A DNA stretch of 64,000 nt, from positions 320,001 to 384,000 of the forward strand of contig CAZFGR010000001.1 of assembly GCA_964518475.1 (NCBI GenBank). The letters run 5' to 3'. Source of the DNA: an uncultured Nitrososphaerota archaeon. Lineage in GTDB: Archaea > Asgardarchaeota > Njordarchaeia > Njordarchaeales > Njordarchaeaceae. The number at the start of each line of letters is the position of its first letter. Position 1 is the first letter of the stretch. This document shows, in pieces, positions 37,918-48,216 of this stretch. A model generated the notes under the pieces. It made no database searches and had not been told where the DNA came from. It saw nothing but the letters and a program-made list of their open reading frames with translations. A program made the translations under genes and the position numbers.

Positions 37918-39702
37918 TTGGCTATGCAAAAAGGTCGCATTATTAGGATTAATGGCCCACTAGTAATCGCACAAGATGTTCCTAACGCAAAGATTGGAGA
38001 TATTGTGTACTTGGGCGAGGAAAAACTTATCGGCGAAATCGTTAGAATATTCGGTAATAAGGTCGCATGTCAATGCTACGAAGACACAAGCGGATTGAAG
38101 CCAGGCGATCCCGCAATAAACACGGGAGAACCCCTATCTGCGGAGTTAGGTCCTGGGCTCATAGGTCAGATTTTTGATGGATTGGAATTCTCAGAGTTAG
38201 AGCTCTGGCGAGAGTACGGGCCTTTTATGCAGAGAGGAGCAAAAATAGAGAGACTGGATAAGAAGAAGAAATGGTCATTCATTCCAACAGTAAAACCAGG
38301 GGAGGAAGTCGTAGAAGGAGATATTCTGGGAACCATCCATGAGACTTCTGCTGTAATTCACCGAATATTAATGCCCGTCGGCATTAAAAAGGCTAAAGTA
38401 CTGGAAATCTACGAAGGATCATTTACTGTAGTAGAACCAATAGCATTGATAGAAACTAGTAATGGAGAGAAAAGAGAACTCACAATGTTACAGAGATGGC
38501 CCGTCAGACTAAACCGACCCTACAAGGAAAGGCTTCCTTCTACCGAACCTCTAATAACAGGTCAAAGAGTTATCGATACTTTCTTCCCAGTTGCGAAAGG
38601 AGGAACAGCCGCGATACCAGGCGGTTTTGGCACGGGGAAAACAGTTACATTACAGCAATTGGCGAAATGGAGCGATGCTGATATAGTAATCTACATAGGG
38701 TGTGGGGAAAGAGGAAATGAGATGGCTGATGTCATAACACATTTCCCAGAGATAAAGGATCCTAGAACTGGCAAGAGATTGATTGAGCGATCAATATTCA
38801 TTGCTAACGTAAGTAATCTTCCCGTATATGCACGTGAAGCTAGTATTTACTTGGGAGTCACCATCGGAGAGTACTTCCGAGATCAGGGATATAGCGTTGC
38901 TTTAATGGCAGATTCCACATCACGTTGGGCCGAGGCTCTTCGAGATATTTCAGGAAGACTTGAGGAAATCCCAGCTGAGCGAGGTTTCCCGGCCTACTTG
39001 GCTGAGAGAATAGCTGAGTTCTACGAGAGAGCTGGAAGAGTTATTACCTTAGGTAAAGACAACCGTATTGGAGCGTTAACTATAATGGGCGCTGTTTCTC
39101 CACCAGGAGGAGACTTTAGCGAGCCTGTTACTTCGATAACTCTGCGATTCGTAGGAACATTATGGGCGCTTGATAAAGAGTTAGCCTTCAGAAGACACTT
39201 CCCCGCTATTAATTGGCTACTGAGCTTCTCTAGGTACTTGGATCAACTCGCTGGTTATTGGACGAGAGTAGATCACGATTTCCCACGATTTAGAGAGGAA
39301 GCCTTGTCGCTTCTCCAAGAAGCTGCTAAGATCGAGGAAATCGCTAGAATTGTTGGTGAAAAAGCACTGCCAGAGTCCCAAAAATTGATCCTATTGATAG
39401 CTGAGATTCTTCGGGAAGGATACTTGATACAGAACGCTTTCCACCCCGTAGACACTTACTGCCCACCAGAAAAGCAGGCAAAAATGTTGCGGATAATCAT
39501 GGAGTTCTATGCACTAGCTAAGAAACTTGTCGAAAACAACGTACCGGTAGATCGCATCCGAGAACTTTCGGGTATTATCCGGAATCTCAAGATGATGAAA
39601 GAAATGGAACGCTTAGAGGACGTTGAAGCTACAGGTAATCAAGCAAAAGAGGCCTTAGTAAAACTGGCCGAGGAATACGGTATTTCCCTTGAAGAGACCT
39701 AA
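37918..39702 (+). CDS. atpA: A/V-type ATPase subunit A
   Basis: [33 protein letters not shown]. Confidence 0.97.
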   Translation: MAMQKGRIIRINGPLVIAQDVPNAKIGDIVYLGEEKLIGEIVRIFGNKVACQCYEDTSGLKPGDPAINTGEPLSAELGPGLIGQIFDGLEFSELELWREYGPFMQRGAKIERLDKKKKWSFIPTVKPGEEVVEGDILGTIHETSAVIHRILMPVGIKKAKVLEIYEGSFTVVEPIALIETSNGEKRELTMLQRWPVRLNRPYKERLPSTEPLITGQRVIDTFFPVAKGGTAAIPGGFGTGKTVTLQQLAKWSDADIVIYIGCGERGNEMADVITHFPEIKDPRTGKRLIERSIFIANVSNLPVYAREASIYLGVTIGEYFRDQGYSVALMADSTSRWAEALRDISGRLEEIPAERGFPAYLAERIAEFYERAGRVITLGKDNRIGALTIMGAVSPPGGDFSEPVTSITLRFVGTLWALDKELAFRRHFPAINWLLSFSRYLDQLAGYWTRVDHDFPRFREEALSLLQEAAKIEEIARIVGEKALPESQKLILLIAEILREGYLIQNAFHPVDTYCPPEKQAKMLRIIMEFYALAKKLVENNVPVDRIRELSGIIRNLKMMKEMERLEDVEATGNQAKEALVKLAEEYGISLEET

Positions 39703-39725
39703 TCAATTTTTAAGGAGGAAGCTTA

Positions 39726-41144
39726 ATGAGCTTGGAGAAATTTGATAAAACTGGTTTAATTTATCGAACTACACGAGAAATTAGAGGTCCACTTCTGGTT
39801 GTTGAAGGTGTAAAAGGCGCAAAATATAACGAGTTGGTAGAGGTTATCCTACCAGACGGCCGAGAAATGTTAGGTACTGTTCTAGACTCGCAGGAAAACC
39901 TGGCAGTAGTGCAAGTCTTTGGAAGAACCGAGGGGCTTGAGCTTGGGGCATATGTCCGCTTTACAGGAGAGGTAATCAAAATTCCCCTCTCCGATGATGT
40001 GATTGGGAGAATTTTTAGTGGTAGCTTTAAACCATTAGATCATCTACCACCCCCTGTCGGAGAAGAAGAAAGAGAAATATTCTTCTCCGTCATAAATCCA
40101 GCAGCAAGGGAACCTCCTAGCGAGTTTATTCAGACGGGTGTCTCAGCAATAGATGGAATGAACTCTCTTGTCAGAGGTCAGAAATTACCGCTATTCTCCG
40201 AATCTGGACTGCCTCATAACGTCCTTGCCGCTCAGATAGCGAGACAAGCTACAATTCCTGGCAGAGAAGAGGATTTTGCCATCGTCTTCTGCGCGATGGG
40301 TATTAAGCACGAGGAATATGCCTACTTTAAAGAAGAATTCGAAAGAACGGGTGCTTTGAATAGATCTGTCATGATCCTTAACTTGGCCGACGACCCTGTT
40401 ATAGAAAGGATCATCGCACCAAGAATAGCTCTAACAATAGCTGAGTATCTTGCCTTTGAACTCGATATGCATATTCTCGTAATCTTAACAGATATGACAA
40501 ACTATGCTGAAGCACTTAGACAAATATCTATAGCTCGAGAAGAAGTTCCCGCTAGAAAAGGGTATCCAGGATATCTCTATACGGATCTAGCAACAATCTA
40601 CGAAAGAGCCGGAAAAATCAAAGGAAAGAAAGGCTCCGTGACTTTAATGCCTATCCTAACAATGCCTGGCGGAGACATGACTCACCCAGTTCCAGACTTG
40701 ACTGGTTACATTACAGAGGGTCAGATTATATTGGATAGAGAACTCCATGCGCGTGGCATATACCCACCCATAAACGTGCTACCTTCCTTATCGCGGTTAA
40801 TGAAGGATGGTATTGGTGCAGGAAAAACTCGTGAGGATCATCCAAGCGTAGCTAATCAGTTGTACGCAGCATATGCTGAGGGAGAGAAAGCTAGGGGATT
40901 GGCTAGAATAGTTGGAGAGATTGGTTTAAGCGAGAGAGAACGCAGATATCTACGATTCGCTGACGAGTTCGAACGCAGATTTGTGAATCAGGGAGTATAT
41001 GAGAATAGGTCAATCGAGGAGACATTAGAAATTGCTTGGGAGTTATTGACAATACTTCCCGAAGATGAACTAACAAGAATAAGTGATAAGATCATTAAGA
41101 AATACCATCCCAAGTACAGAAAAATTTCTACGGAGGTCGAATAG
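39726..41144 (+). CDS. atpB: A/V-type ATPase subunit B
   Basis: [42 protein letters not shown]. Confidence 0.97.
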   Translation: MSLEKFDKTGLIYRTTREIRGPLLVVEGVKGAKYNELVEVILPDGREMLGTVLDSQENLAVVQVFGRTEGLELGAYVRFTGEVIKIPLSDDVIGRIFSGSFKPLDHLPPPVGEEEREIFFSVINPAAREPPSEFIQTGVSAIDGMNSLVRGQKLPLFSESGLPHNVLAAQIARQATIPGREEDFAIVFCAMGIKHEEYAYFKEEFERTGALNRSVMILNLADDPVIERIIAPRIALTIAEYLAFELDMHILVILTDMTNYAEALRQISIAREEVPARKGYPGYLYTDLATIYERAGKIKGKKGSVTLMPILTMPGGDMTHPVPDLTGYITEGQIILDRELHARGIYPPINVLPSLSRLMKDGIGAGKTREDHPSVANQLYAAYAEGEKARGLARIVGEIGLSERERRYLRFADEFERRFVNQGVYENRSIEETLEIAWELLTILPEDELTRISDKIIKKYHPKYRKISTEVE

Positions 41145-41147
41145 TAG

Positions 41148-41771
41148 TTGTCTATAGGTCTCAGGATTAGACCAACAAGGGGATTCCTATTAGAGCTAAA
41201 GAGAAGAATCCAAATAACTGAGGAAGGTTATAGGATATTATCTCACAAACGAGATGAATTAATATCCAAATTACGTGAACTACTAGAGCTACTTAGAGCT
41301 GTGAGAAAAGAAGTCTTAGAGAACTTCCAGAGATCGCTCAGGGAGTTTGTAGAAGTATATTCCTTGATAGGCTCTGATAAAATTATTTCATACGCTACAG
41401 CCTCTAGAGGTCTCCTTCGTGTACGCATCCTCCCAATAAGTGTAATGGGTGTTATTGCACCAACCGTGAAAGCTATAGAAACCATCGAAATAGCTGATAA
41501 GTACCCTCCCATATTAAGACAATTCGTTTATTCCCTCTGGGAAATCACTCAAGACCTTATAAAACTCGGGGAACTAGAAGCACGTGTAGAGGGACTTGCC
41601 CTAGATCTAGAGAGAACTAATAGAACCGTTAATGCTCTAGAAAAAATCATCATTCCCCAGCTTAAAAGCATTGCAAAATATATCCAAGATCTAATTGAGG
41701 AAGAGGATTTAGAAGAATTCACGCGAATAAAACTAGTACGGGATATAATTATTAAACGCCGAGGGGGATAA
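41148..41771 (+). CDS. atpD: A/V-type ATPase subunit D
   Basis: PTR..L, KRDEL, TNRTVNALEKIIIP. Confidence 0.93.
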   Translation: MSIGLRIRPTRGFLLELKRRIQITEEGYRILSHKRDELISKLRELLELLRAVRKEVLENFQRSLREFVEVYSLIGSDKIISYATASRGLLRVRILPISVMGVIAPTVKAIETIEIADKYPPILRQFVYSLWEITQDLIKLGELEARVEGLALDLERTNRTVNALEKIIIPQLKSIAKYIQDLIEEEDLEEFTRIKLVRDIIIKRRGG

Positions 41772-41773
41772 CC

Positions 41774-42799
41774 ATGTACCCAATAATAAGAGCTCATGGT
41801 CTGTATACTAGATTAATACCAATTCAATTTTACTATGATCTCATCCTCTCACCAAATGTCAAGATATTCGCTGAACTACTCTCGCGTACAGATTACTCCG
41901 ATGTCTTACGGCAAATTAATATGGAGCAGCCCAATCCTATACTGCTAAGAGAGTTAAAAAAGGCTCTGAGAGAGAAATTTCGGGCACGCATGGAGTTCCT
42001 CGTTAAGATCTCCTTAGGAAGAGGATTTGAAAACCTTATAATTAACTATCTAAGGAAGTACGAGTTACTTGACATACTAAAGCTCGCAAGCGCTATACTA
42101 TCGTCTACAGAACCGCCGATTCATCAACTTTTTGCTCTAAAGTTCTTTGACATCGATTTTCAGGATATTATTGAAAAAGTAAAGAGTTTTGAGGAGTTAG
42201 TGAGTTACTTATTGACTCACGAAATATACTCTCAGACACTTAGCAAAATCGCATCAGAGATTATTTCGAAGAAGAGTCTCTTCTTACTAGAAGCTGCACT
42301 TAAAAAAGCTTACTACGAGACCTTAATAAATACAATAAGAGAAACTCGATACCCTCGATTAGAGCAATTAGAAAAGATAACTAGACTAGAGATAGATATT
42401 GAAAATTGTTTCCTCGCAACTGCTCCTTATTTATATGGATATTCTCCCAAACTTTTAGAGCTCTTAGTAATTGAATACCCAATGGCGCTTTCGTTAGGTT
42501 CTATATACCAAGCATTAAGATCATCATCAAGAATAGATATTCTCCGAAATCTGCAACCATATACTAAGATTGTTGAGAAAATACTGGATAATAAAGAGGA
42601 TGAAGCACACAAAGATGCGCTTAGAATTATCAAAAAATATATGCTGAAATTACGAATACCGGGGGTTACCGTTGGTTATATCTTCTATTATATTAGAAGA
42701 TGCGAGTGGGAGATGATGGATTTAGAAACAATATTGCACGGAATTTTCTATCGTGAGCCTCCAGAGAGAATAAAGGCTAATTTAGTAGCTTTTCTTTAA
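41774..42799 (+). CDS. atpC: A/V-type ATPase subunit C (d)
   Basis: LSRTDY, LEAAL..AYY, EIDIEN, E...L..I..G; operon position. Confidence 0.8.
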   Translation: MYPIIRAHGLYTRLIPIQFYYDLILSPNVKIFAELLSRTDYSDVLRQINMEQPNPILLRELKKALREKFRARMEFLVKISLGRGFENLIINYLRKYELLDILKLASAILSSTEPPIHQLFALKFFDIDFQDIIEKVKSFEELVSYLLTHEIYSQTLSKIASEIISKKSLFLLEAALKKAYYETLINTIRETRYPRLEQLEKITRLEIDIENCFLATAPYLYGYSPKLLELLVIEYPMALSLGSIYQALRSSSRIDILRNLQPYTKIVEKILDNKEDEAHKDALRIIKKYMLKLRIPGVTVGYIFYYIRRCEWEMMDLETILHGIFYREPPERIKANLVAFL

Positions 42800-42921
42800 T
42801 TCTTCATATCAACAGTTATAACCTTAATCGATATAATGAAATGATGCTATATTTAGTTTGTAATTTGTGATAAGTTTCCAAGCTACATATTTACTTAGTT
42901 TCTTTCTAAGTTTCTTTCTAA

Positions 42922-44118
42922 TTATATCCAGTCTCCCGTTTCTAGTTTTTCTGGTAGATATTTCTCCGTAAGATACCTAAAGCCTTTACTAGCTAGGGCC
43001 TGAATCTCCGCTTTTTCTTTTTTCCTTAGCATCTCTTCTATTTCCTCTTTATATTTTGGTCTTCTTTGGATAAATTCCTCTTGTAACAATTGTTTACCTC
43101 TCTCAATATCCTTTTTCGTCATGGGTATCCTAACAGTTTTTGGTATACCATATCGATCCAGATCACTTGGTCTAACACCAAGCCACTTGATATCTGGGAT
43201 AGTGATAAAGGGTGTCTCGTAACTCATTCGCTTCGATCCAACAGCATAAACTAGCATTATGTGTACCCCGAAGGGATCCGAGTCAACTAATGCAAAAACG
43301 GGTAGCTTGAGTTCTCTCACGAGTAGCTTCAGAAACATTCTAGTCCCAATGTCAGGTTGGCCTTTCCCAGTAACAATTATACAGGGGTATTTCTCATAAA
43401 AACGATCCTCAGCAAGTCTCAGGAATGCAGCGTCTTTCTCTACCACAAGAATGAACTCTGCATCACTCTCAATATCAAATATTCTGTCTACAAGAGGCGA
43501 TATTGCCCATCCACCTGTACCTAACTTAGTACAATCTATCTCATGCACATCGTTTCCTACTCTTTCCTTGAACCTAAGCCTACCTATTACGGCACCTTTC
43601 GCGGCCGCTACGACGTGTAAGGAGTTCCTTTCGACTCCTAACATTGCTGCAACATCTTCCAGTGCTTCATCACTTTCTCTCTGCGTTTGAAATAGTACGA
43701 CATCATTATAGAAAACTTCTCTCTTTGTTGCGTGAATATCAGCTTCTAATAATTCATGCACAATACTTAGGATTCTAGCTGTGATGGTTGCTTCTCTCAC
43801 AGATTTTGCCGAGAGAAAACTTCTTTTACGGAATCTCCTTCTTAAGAAAACCATATCAGTTGCCGGATCATAAATCACATTATCGGAAGATCTGTCAGGG
43901 ATCAAGAAAAAGGGTTCTTCCCCGTTCAATACTTTCTCAGTAAATTCTTTGATAACTTCATGCAGTTTCTTATGCACTTCCTGCGGAGGCAAAGCTTTAA
44001 CTTCGATCACATCTCGCGGCAATTTTATCTTCTTGCCATGCGTTTTAGCGATTTGCGCTCGTAATTTACGCACCTTCTCTAATACCTTATCAACGTGCCC
44101 TTTACCGCTCCTAGGCAT
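42922..44118 (-). CDS. top6A: DNA topoisomerase VI subunit A (Spo11 family)
   Basis: TKREVFY, VVEKDA, TGKGQPD, DSDPFG, KAEIQAL. Confidence 0.95.
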   Translation of the reverse strand: MPRSGKGHVDKVLEKVRKLRAQIAKTHGKKIKLPRDVIEVKALPPQEVHKKLHEVIKEFTEKVLNGEEPFFLIPDRSSDNVIYDPATDMVFLRRRFRKRSFLSAKSVREATITARILSIVHELLEADIHATKREVFYNDVVLFQTQRESDEALEDVAAMLGVERNSLHVVAAAKGAVIGRLRFKERVGNDVHEIDCTKLGTGGWAISPLVDRIFDIESDAEFILVVEKDAAFLRLAEDRFYEKYPCIIVTGKGQPDIGTRMFLKLLVRELKLPVFALVDSDPFGVHIMLVYAVGSKRMSYETPFITIPDIKWLGVRPSDLDRYGIPKTVRIPMTKKDIERGKQLLQEEFIQRRPKYKEEIEEMLRKKEKAEIQALASKGFRYLTEKYLPEKLETGDWI

Positions 44119-44278
44119 AATCCCGCCCCTACAAGAATTCTTCATTCAGATTAACCAATCATTCGCCATAAGATTACAGTCAGTCTTAACACATATATTC
44201 CAACACTACGTAAGTTCATTACATTTAAATCTACATCCTTTAATAGGAGAGTTAAGGCTAAACGTAGGGTAATCTTTT

Positions 44279-46297
44279 ATGCCAGTAACTCCCGTCAAAA
44301 AACTAACGATTATAACGTTTCAAGAATACGAAGACACTATTCTAACAGCGCTCGGTAGAAAGGGCATTGTTGAGCTAAAGCCTCTTAGTGAAGAAGAATT
44401 TGGCGTTTTTAGAAAAGCTACCGTTGAAGAACTTAGAGATATAGAAAATCTCTTGTTTAAATTAGAGGGACTCCGCGAGAAACTAGATGTTCCTAAAGTT
44501 AAACCTCAACTACGCAAGGATATATCAAAGGATGATCTAAGAATAGCTGGAGAAAAACTAACAATTTATGAAAAAGAAATAGAGCAAATACAACACCAGA
44601 TAGCTAAGACAAAAGAGGATATATTGTACTATAATCAATTACTTGCTTTAGTAGGCTATTTAGAAAAATCGGGCATCCCTCTAGCAAGGATACGTCAACC
44701 CGAAGAAGGCAGAATTATAATAGGGCTTTTGGGGAATGATGTTCTCCAAAGAGTATTGTCTTTCCTTGAGAAGTTTTCGCGAGTAAATTACAAAGTTTTT
44801 AAACTCGACGAAAACAGAAGTTTTCTCTTTCTTGAGGTGCGTAGTGTATTAGAAGATTATATTAAAGCGATCGTCGATTACCTAAAATTATTCGAGTTTA
44901 ATCCTGTAGAAATCCCTGAAGAACTCCCTCCAGATACGGCGGAGGCTAAGAAACGGCTAGAAGATAAAATTAACAACCTAAATAATCGCTTAGCGGAACT
45001 TACCGACAAATTAAGTAAAGTAAGACAGGAATTCCTAGAAGAAGCCCCCTTCTTGAATGCAGTGATACGCTCGGCATATGCCGTGGCCAAAGCAAAGCTC
45101 AATATGCTCAGAAGTGCTACTATGAGCGTCCTCCAAGGCTGGATTCCCGAAGACATGTTACATGAAACACAAACTGTCATTAATGAACTAAAATCTAAGA
45201 TAGGCAATAAGCTACTAGTTTTCTACGAAGATCCCTTACCTCACGAAGAAGTACCGACAGTTATGCGTGTACCGTCGTTGTTTAAACCATATGAGTCAAT
45301 GATACGTCAGTACGGTGTGCCAGATCCTCATGAGACAGATCCTACAATAATTTCAGGTATTTTATGGACTATAATGTTTGGTTTCATGTTCCCCGATTTT
45401 GGCCAAGGCCTAGTAATTATGCTCTTGGGAGTACTATTTACTTATGTACTGAAGCGAAATGAGCTTATGGGACTACCCGTGAAAAAACTAGGCAAAATAA
45501 TGATCGGAGCAGGGTTATCAGCGGCTTTCTTTGGATTATTAGTAGGGGATTTCTTCTTAACGGAACATGTCATTCATCCATTATGGCCGGGTCTGGCTCC
45601 TGGTTGGGTAGAGAAGTCGTCTAACGTCGTATGGTTGCTAAAAATCGCTATCTACTTCGGTATTCTGCAAATAACATTAGCATTGCTCATCGCGATCTAC
45701 AACAGTATTAGGGAGGGACATTATCTAGAAGCATTACTAGGAGAAAAAGGTCTCGCTGGATTAATCACCTTCTGGTCATTCGTATTGATGGCCTTTGCAT
45801 TCCTAGGAATAACCGTGATTCCTGAAATAAGAACTCCTTGGGGAACTACTATTCCACGAATAGCGTTTCCAGAGCTAAAATTAGAAGTATTCAACATCTT
45901 CGACCCATACATGCCGGTCTACAAGATCCCCACAATCACATTCCTTGTCGGCATCATACTCATGCTCATAAAGCCAATTATGGAAAAAGAAGGCGTCGCG
46001 ATGGCTTTCGGAGGCCTTCTCGAGACTGTAATCGCATTCATGTCCAATATGCTCTCATACACACGATTAGCAGGATTTAATATAGCCCACGTAGCCCTAG
46101 CAGTTGTCATCGCGAGACTTCTAGAGGTCAATCCACTACTGGGCATAGGAATGGGATTGATCTTCCTGAATATTTTCGCTTTGACCCTAGAGTTCCTAGT
46201 AGTAATGATACAGGCTCTAAGGCTCGTATTCTATGAGTTCATGACGAAGTTCTACAGAGGCACTGGAAGATTGTTCAAGCCTTTCAGAATTCTCTAA
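44279..46297 (+). CDS. atpI: A/V-type ATPase subunit I (a)
   Basis: GWIP, DPT, FGFMFPDFGQG, SYTRL, QALRL.FYEF.TKFY.G. Confidence 0.95.
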   Translation: MPVTPVKKLTIITFQEYEDTILTALGRKGIVELKPLSEEEFGVFRKATVEELRDIENLLFKLEGLREKLDVPKVKPQLRKDISKDDLRIAGEKLTIYEKEIEQIQHQIAKTKEDILYYNQLLALVGYLEKSGIPLARIRQPEEGRIIIGLLGNDVLQRVLSFLEKFSRVNYKVFKLDENRSFLFLEVRSVLEDYIKAIVDYLKLFEFNPVEIPEELPPDTAEAKKRLEDKINNLNNRLAELTDKLSKVRQEFLEEAPFLNAVIRSAYAVAKAKLNMLRSATMSVLQGWIPEDMLHETQTVINELKSKIGNKLLVFYEDPLPHEEVPTVMRVPSLFKPYESMIRQYGVPDPHETDPTIISGILWTIMFGFMFPDFGQGLVIMLLGVLFTYVLKRNELMGLPVKKLGKIMIGAGLSAAFFGLLVGDFFLTEHVIHPLWPGLAPGWVEKSSNVVWLLKIAIYFGILQITLALLIAIYNSIREGHYLEALLGEKGLAGLITFWSFVLMAFAFLGITVIPEIRTPWGTTIPRIAFPELKLEVFNIFDPYMPVYKIPTITFLVGIILMLIKPIMEKEGVAMAFGGLLETVIAFMSNMLSYTRLAGFNIAHVALAVVIARLLEVNPLLGIGMGLIFLNIFALTLEFLVVMIQALRLVFYEFMTKFYRGTGRLFKPFRIL

Positions 46298-46422
46298 ACA
46301 TATTTTTATTCGACTTTCCCCCATACCGTTAGAACTCTATATTTATATTTCAAATAGGTTTTCCAATACCAAAATTCACCAGAGATGTCGATTAAGTATT
46401 AGTTAGTGTGGTGAAATATAAC

Positions 46423-46737
46423 ATGCGCTCTAGTAGATTTCTTCAGTACCTCTTCCTAGGCCTTCTTCTCGCTCTTTCGGTATATTCAATAGGGAGTGTT
46501 CAGGCACAGGAACACGTTACAACGGGTGAAGAGGGCTTAAAATTCCTCGGCATGGCATTATCAACAGGTTTAGCGGCTATAGCTGCTGGATATGCCGTGG
46601 CTAGAACAGGAGAGGCGGCGATCGCCGCTATAACAGAAAAACCCGAGCTTTTTGGTAGAACCATTCTTTATGTAGGTTTAGCAGAAGGTATTGCCATATA
46701 CGGTATCCTGATCTCGTTCCTGATATGGATCACATAA
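46423..46737 (+). CDS. atpK: A/V-type ATPase proteolipid subunit K (c), single hairpin with signal peptide
   Basis: EKPELFG, GLAEGIAIYG with conserved Glu. Confidence 0.93.
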   Translation: MRSSRFLQYLFLGLLLALSVYSIGSVQAQEHVTTGEEGLKFLGMALSTGLAAIAAGYAVARTGEAAIAAITEKPELFGRTILYVGLAEGIAIYGILISFLIWIT

Positions 46738-46833
46738 AAACCACACCAGCCAGCCCGAGAGTTCTTATCATCACTCGCTAAATCCTCCTACTAATTTATT
46801 TTGCTCCCCACTATGTTTTCATTCTAATAATTT

Positions 46834-47106
46834 TTGGAGATACCCGTTATGGTTCCTAACGAAACTAAAACAATAAAAGAAAGCACCGCCGTTAAGAAAT
46901 ATCTGTTCATGTACTTTATCTTATTAGTCACAGTTCAGCTAGTAGGTGCCCTTGCAATCGTCTTTTATGTACGGTACATACCTAGTCGGCTCGTTAAGTT
47001 TCTAGCTGGAGTGTTGATAGCTACATTCATAGGGTTTATTTGGCCGATCATATTAGCCATAATCATTCAGAAAATGTTAGCAAGCGGGAAAGCGGAAAAG
47101 GGATGA
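46834..47106 (+). CDS. Small 2-TM membrane protein
   Basis: Two hydrophobic helices; start uncertain. Confidence 0.55.
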   Translation: MEIPVMVPNETKTIKESTAVKKYLFMYFILLVTVQLVGALAIVFYVRYIPSRLVKFLAGVLIATFIGFIWPIILAIIIQKMLASGKAEKG

Positions 47107-47179
47107 GAGATCCTTTCACGTCATAGATCAATAAAACTTTTAAATTGTCGAATAGAATAAACTACAAATGATCCCAGAT

Positions 47180-47254
47180 GGGGCCGTGGTCTAGTGGCAG
47201 GACGCCCGGCTTACGACCGGGAGGTCGGCGGTTCGATTCCGCCCGGCCCCACCA
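47180..47254 (+). tRNA. tRNA-Val(UAC)
   Basis: GGGGCCG/CGGCCCC acceptor, CCCGG-CT-TAC-GA-CCGGG, GGTTCGATTCC, CCA. Confidence 0.95.
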
Positions 47255-47345
47255 GAATTTCCTTCTCATTACTCCGAAGAATAATTTAAAAAATCCTAGT
47301 GATACTCTATACACTAAAAATAATATTATGAATAGAAGTCAAACT

Positions 47346-47419
47346 GCGCCGGTGGTCTAGCGGTAGGATGCCGGCCTCCCAAGCCGGTGGCGCGGGTTCA
47401 AATCCCGCCCGGCGCACCA
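47346..47419 (+). tRNA. tRNA-Gly(CCC)
   Basis: GCGCCGG/CCGGCGC acceptor, CCGGC-CT-CCC-AA-GCCGG, GGTTCAAATCC, CCA. Confidence 0.95.
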
Positions 47420-47445
47420 ATTGCTTTTTTACTATGTGTTTCAGG

Positions 47446-48216
47446 ATGTTATTCCCCGAATATCCTCTTTCACGAGACATTCTTCTTCTGAGAAATCGAG
47501 CATTATACATTCGGTCTCTCAAGGCTGTGGTCGTAGCTGATCTTCATATTGGCATAGAATACGCGATGGCCTTGAAAGGATTGTTTATTCCAGCAATCCA
47601 GTTTAAAGAATTATCCAACACGTTGAGAATGCTGATTGAGGAATTAAGCCCTCGAAAACTCATTATAGTGGGTGATCTTAAGCACGAATTTGCGCAAAAA
47701 ACATTACAGGAGCATTCGGAGACAATAAAACTACTTGAAATGATAAAGGACGTTGGCATACATTTTATCCTTGTGAGAGGTAATCATGATAATTTTATCA
47801 AGGGTGTGTTAGAGAGATTCGATGTTGATTTTAGAGAACCGTACTATGTGGATGGACAATATCTTTTCATTCATGGGCATAAAGATCTACCCCCCGAACT
47901 TCTTGATAAGCACAACGTTAAATGGGTAATAATGGGCCATGAACACCCAGCAATAATGTTCCGAGACGAAGTTGGTGGAAAAGAAAAAATTCCAGCATTC
48001 TTGGTGGGCCCGTTTCCAGATAATAAAGACGTCCGCTTATTAGTTTTACCAGCGCTTTCTCCTCTCGCTACCGGCGTTGAGGTTAATGCGTCTCTTCCTG
48101 ATGATTTTCTATCCCCAATACTTCAAAGAGCTGATATAGATAACTTCACAGCCTTCGGTATTCTTTCTTCAGGAATACTAAAACTCCCAAAAATTAGGGA
48201 GATTAGAATATTTTAG
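47446..48216 (+). CDS. Metallophosphoesterase (Lhr-associated MPE/ICC-like)
   Basis: ADLHIG, GDLKH, RGNHD, HGH, GHEHP; the ORF-track start overlaps tRNA-Gly. Confidence 0.88.
   Translation: MLFPEYPLSRDILLLRNRALYIRSLKAVVVADLHIGIEYAMALKGLFIPAIQFKELSNTLRMLIEELSPRKLIIVGDLKHEFAQKTLQEHSETIKLLEMIKDVGIHFILVRGNHDNFIKGVLERFDVDFREPYYVDGQYLFIHGHKDLPPELLDKHNVKWVIMGHEHPAIMFRDEVGGKEKIPAFLVGPFPDNKDVRLLVLPALSPLATGVEVNASLPDDFLSPILQRADIDNFTAFGILSSGILKLPKIREIRIF

Noticed and set aside
46745-46774. Minus-strand GTGATGA box C-like motif after atpK
   Set aside because: No C' or D box at suitable spacing.
47178-47522. ORFs 47178..47360, 47307..47522 and the N-terminus of 47368..48216
   Set aside because: They are translations of the tRNA-Val and tRNA-Gly genes.
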